Assembly (NCBI GenBank): GCA_032128375.1
Contig: JAQBGU010000143.1
Coordinates: forward strand, 12,710 to 76,709
Direction: 5' to 3'
Source of the DNA: Deltaproteobacteria bacterium
GTDB taxonomy: Bacteria > Myxococcota_A > UBA9160 > SMWR01
Length of the DNA: 64,000 bases
In this document: positions 60,712-64,000 of the stretch, in pieces
Layout: every line of letters begins with the position of its first letter
How positions within the stretch are numbered: position 1 is the first letter of the stretch
Made by a program: the position numbers and the translations under genes
The notes under the pieces: generated by a model
The model's input: only the letters and a program-made list of their open reading frames with translations
Told to the model about the DNA's origin: nothing
The model's database searches: none

Positions 60712-61968
60712 CTAGCTTCCGCGGCTGATGAATTCCAGGTGCTCGGCGAGCACCCGGTCGAACCAGGCAGGTCGGCTGAGCCGACTTTTCAACAATCTCT
60801 TCTGGAATCCAGCGGTCGCGCGAGCGGACAGCGGCTTTCGGTCGTGTTCTAGAAACTCGTCGAGCAGCTGCCTTTCAGTAGCTAGTGGCCACGCCGAAAC
60901 CCGAGACTCGTGACGCTCCCCGTTCACTCCCCAAGCCGCGGGTGGCCAGGAACCCTTGCGAACGAGCGGAGCATCCAGAGAAGAGTCGTACTGGCGCGGC
61001 GCCCGCAAGCGGAACCCAATCCACTCCGCTGCATCGACGGTCACCGCGTTTCCAACCAGTTTCCAGCGCGCTCCCACGCGCCCCATGCGTTCTTGGGCGG
61101 GCATGGTCCAATCGGGTGTGAATCCCTGCATTCGCTCGGCATCGCGGATATCCGGCGTAACGATCCTTCCGTTCGGGAGAACGATCGCGGGCGGTGACGG
61201 AATGCCCAAGGACGAGCCGCCCTTCAGGGTTGGGACTGCATCTACCGCGGCCCCCAAACCGCGGGTCCCCTCGGTCCAATAGAAACCGAAGGAGAGCTTT
61301 CGAAGCGGGCGCTGGGGTTCGGGCTCTCCGACGTCGTCCACGAACAGGCTGTTTCGAGGATCTCCATCACGTGACGCGAGCAGATACACCCGCTGACGTC
61401 GCTGTGGCAGCCCGAACGCGCGCGAATCGACGACCCGATAGGCCCAGTCATATCCGAGTTCCTCGAGCCTGGTGATGATCACATCGAGGGCTCGCCCCTT
61501 TCCTAGCTGTAGCATGAAAGGAACGTTCTCGAGCAAGAGCCAGGGAATATCCCTCCCCTCGATCAAGCGGAACACCTCGCCAATCAGTCCAGACCTCGAT
61601 CCCGTGATCCCCTTGGTCTGTCCGGCTTGGCTCAAGTCCTGACAAGGGAAACCGGCCGTAACGAGCTCTGTTCCGGCAGGCAGTGCGGCCAGCGTAGTGA
61701 CGTCGCTGGGCAGATCGACACCATGGAAGTTCTTTTCGAGAACCGCCCGAGCGCCTTCGTCGATTTCGCAGAGTAGAACCGGCTTGTGCTGGGAGCGTTC
61801 GAGCCCCAGCTCGATTCCCCCGATCCCAGCGAACAGGCCCGCAGTTTCGAGTGGGCCTCGCGTGAGCTTCGACGACCTGCGTAAGCCTTCGAGTGGGTTG
61901 CGCTTTCTGTCCCGTCTAGGACTGATGAGTTGGAGCTGTTCAGCTCTGCGCGGAGTTCGTGTAGCCAT
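60712..61968 (-). CDS. dcm: DNA (cytosine-5)-methyltransferase
   Basis: LFAGIGG, GFPCQ, ENV, QRRQRV, RMQGF, GNAV. Confidence 0.95.
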   Translation of the reverse strand: MATRTPRRAEQLQLISPRRDRKRNPLEGLRRSSKLTRGPLETAGLFAGIGGIELGLERSQHKPVLLCEIDEGARAVLEKNFHGVDLPSDVTTLAALPAGTELVTAGFPCQDLSQAGQTKGITGSRSGLIGEVFRLIEGRDIPWLLLENVPFMLQLGKGRALDVIITRLEELGYDWAYRVVDSRAFGLPQRRQRVYLLASRDGDPRNSLFVDDVGEPEPQRPLRKLSFGFYWTEGTRGLGAAVDAVPTLKGGSSLGIPSPPAIVLPNGRIVTPDIRDAERMQGFTPDWTMPAQERMGRVGARWKLVGNAVTVDAAEWIGFRLRAPRQYDSSLDAPLVRKGSWPPAAWGVNGERHESRVSAWPLATERQLLDEFLEHDRKPLSARATAGFQKRLLKSRLSRPAWFDRVLAEHLEFISRGS

Positions 61969-62175
61969 CTGAGTGCAGATTCCCTGCGGGCCGGTGGGGT
62001 GGCTGGGAGACCATCGCGATTGTCTGTGTCGAATCCGGTCACACGGGGGGTGATTGGAGGCTACTGCGACGTCCAGCTCCCGCCAAGGCCTGATGTTCCG
62101 GCCATGCCACCGATGTTGGCGATCATGTAGAAGTGAAGAAATCTGAGCGTTTCGCCGGTCTCTCTTTGCTGTACG

Positions 62176-62502
62176 TCAGAAGGGCGTCTCGGGATCGACT
62201 TCGTATCGCTGGTCTCGCTTACGCGAGACCGCTCTTCGATACGCTCGAATTCGCCGCTGTAGTCGATGAGCATCGGCCACGATGTCGGCGGCCGTCTTCG
62301 TGGCTTTGGATGCCTCGACGGCCCAGAAGGGAGCCTCCCCATCGGCGAGTTCAGGATGAGCGGTGACGAGGACTCGAGGCGCGAGGCTCAAGATCTGGTC
62401 GAGTGCATGGAGGATGGCGAGTTCGGGGGCGTCGACGAGTTCGTCGGGCGTGGGGAGCTGCGGTGCGTTAGGCGCGCTGTTGCTCTTCCGACCCGTGTTC
62501 AT
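62176..62502 (-). CDS. Hypothetical protein coupled to istB
   Basis: ATGA overlap with the istB stop; 108 aa. Confidence 0.6.
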   Translation of the reverse strand: MNTGRKSNSAPNAPQLPTPDELVDAPELAILHALDQILSLAPRVLVTAHPELADGEAPFWAVEASKATKTAADIVADAHRLQRRIRAYRRAVSRKRDQRYEVDPETPF

Positions 62503-62800
62503 TTGGTTTGCCTGGTCTTGCGGCTCTGTTCCGCCTCGCGGGGTCGAAAGCTCTCTCCTTCGATCAGCGCGACGGCGTGATGGGTGAGCCGATCGATGAG
62601 TGCGGTAACACAGCTCGCGTTGGGAAAGATGTTGTGCCAGTCGCCAAAAGCGAGATTGGTTGTGATGACGATCGATTTTTGTTCATACCTTCTCGAGACG
62701 ACTTCGAACAGCAGATCGGCGGCCCGTGCGTCGTAGGAGAGGTATCCGACCTCGTCGACACACAACAGCTCAGGCTCCGCATAGTGGCGTAGCCTGCGGG
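62499..62800 (-). pseudogene. istB: IstB ATPase C-terminal fragment
   Basis: LLCVDEVGY, LFEVVSRRYE, ITTNL.F.DW, DRLTHH, GESFR; Walker A missing. Confidence 0.88.
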
Positions 62801-63149
62801 AATTCGGGTACACGGAAGGTCGGGATTTCCCGTTGTCGACGTTCGCGGTGTCGTTACCGAAGTGCGGACAGCGCAAGATCGCCGAGTGCGTCTAGAGCTC
62901 AGCCACGGTGACCGTGCCTTTGCGATTCAAGGTCTCAGAGACGACGAATTCTTCGATTCATCAGATGCCCGCCCTCGTCTCGCCCCATCTATGGGTGATA
63001 TCGTTGCGGCGTTCGGGGTGATGCTTCGGCGGGCTCTCGATGGTGAAGCCCCAGCGCACTTGGTCGCTGGCCGAGCTGCAAGAGCGTTCGTTTCTCGCAG
63101 CGAAAAAGGCCGGCCAGCGTTGACTTGCGCAAAGGTGGTTTTGTCGCAA

Positions 63150-63604
63150 CGATCATCCATCGGCTGCTCACCGTTCCAAGCCCAGAAACTTACCTCCGGG
63201 TGCACCTCCCAGACAAGTGAGCTCGCCTTGAGCGCATCGTCGACTTCGCGAATCTTGCGAAAAAATGCCGACGCCTGAGCGCTCACTCTCCGATCATCGA
63301 TGGAGTGGGTGATATTGCTCGCTTCTTGACGGTCCCGAGCAGCAAGCGCGGCGCGCACCGAGGCGGGGAACACACTATTTCGTCGCCCCCCCAAGACTCG
63401 ACGAGCGGCTCGGTCGCATTCGCCAGCGCCCGATGTGGGGAATCCGATTGGAATGTCCAGTCCAACAAGAGCCGGGCATGGCGTGACACTGATCAGCTCG
63501 CTCGCGGACTCCAGCACATCGAATGCAAGCGCGCCTGTCCGTGAATTCCGACAGATCCGAAACCAACCTTTCTTGCAACCGTCCACGCCGGCGAGCCAGG
63601 CCAC
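63150..63604 (-). pseudogene. Second DUF429-like nuclease, C-terminally truncated
   Basis: AGVDGCKKGW, LDIPIG, CDRAAR, SVFP, KIREVD, EVHPEVSF; then runs into unrelated sequence with no DxLDA block. Confidence 0.75.
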
Positions 63605-63736
63605 ACGGGACACATAGCACGACTGCCGAATGACAAGCCTTCGAAGGGGGCGAGCAAAGGCGAGGTCGAATTGACCGCAGTGCCGGTCTGGCCACATAAT
63701 GGGCTCCGGCACCGCAACCAGCCGGGATAGGAACAA

Positions 63737-64000
63737 ATGGCAGCTCGCAAATCTGCTCGTGGAAAACCAGCCTCGACCAAGACATCCGAAGGGACCCTCT
63801 GGACGAACGAAACGTGGCGGGTACATTGCGGCAGTTTACGCCGGCACCGCGGTCGGCCTGGAAAGACAAAGCCGCTGTTTGCTGCTGTTGCCGAGAAGCT
63901 GCCATACGATTGCCTCGAATCGGTTCGCCGAGATTTCAGAGAACGCGAGCTGTCGATGGACGGCGTTTACATTGCCCATGATTCGATGGGAGTTCCCCGG
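63737..64000 (+). CDS. Partial ORF running off the window; GIY-YIG-like nuclease candidate
   Basis: ATG 63737 after AGGA; 88 open codons ending DGVYIAHDSMGVPR. Confidence 0.55.
   Translation, partial: MAARKSARGKPASTKTSEGTLWTNETWRVHCGSLRRHRGRPGKTKPLFAAVAEKLPYDCLESVRRDFRERELSMDGVYIAHDSMGVPR

Larger units (their letters stand above)
62094..62800 (-). mobile_element. IS21-family remnant (istB 3' part, accessory ORF, probable terminal repeat)
   Basis: istB motifs plus a TG-initiated end with two GATGTT...CATG units about 20 nt apart (62092-62127); istA absent. Confidence 0.7.

Noticed and set aside
62800..63150. Possible gene between the istB and DUF429 remnants
   Set aside because: Multiple stops in the most plausible frame and no recognisable family

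Overview
GC-rich bacterial chromosomal window. Gene content (PEP-CTERM signal, multi-PilZ protein, PilT, WS/DGAT, IS21 with an accessory ORF) suggests a Myxococcota/Deltaproteobacteria-like organism, which is an inference only. About 45 intact CDS and about 11 gene remnants; no rRNA, tRNA or CRISPR array recognised. Main points: (1) a minus-strand cluster (1365-8291) with an Lnt homologue lacking its catalytic Glu, a PDZ-TM-GAF class III cyclase carrying Glu at the purine-selecting position (guanylate-cyclase-like), and a CRTAC1/ASPIC-UnbV FG-GAP lipoprotein interrupted by one in-frame TGA followed by a SECIS-like hairpin (candidate selenoprotein); (2) a translationally coupled aroA-like/gpmI-like/pstSCA/deleted pstB/phnW/AsnB-like operon; (3) an FGase/QEGLA (MATCAP-like) peptidase/GshB-like ATP-grasp module back-to-back with a poly-gamma-glutamate pgsBCW operon; (4) lipid-storage, RND efflux, fhs and Cu-monooxygenase/MMPL loci; (5) a defence-type island from about 56.3 kb to the end (Fic, two DUF429-like nucleases, superinfection immunity protein, dcm-vsr-frameshifted endonuclease, IS21 remnant, partial GIY-YIG-like gene). 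All family calls come from motif recognition by eye; no database searches were run.
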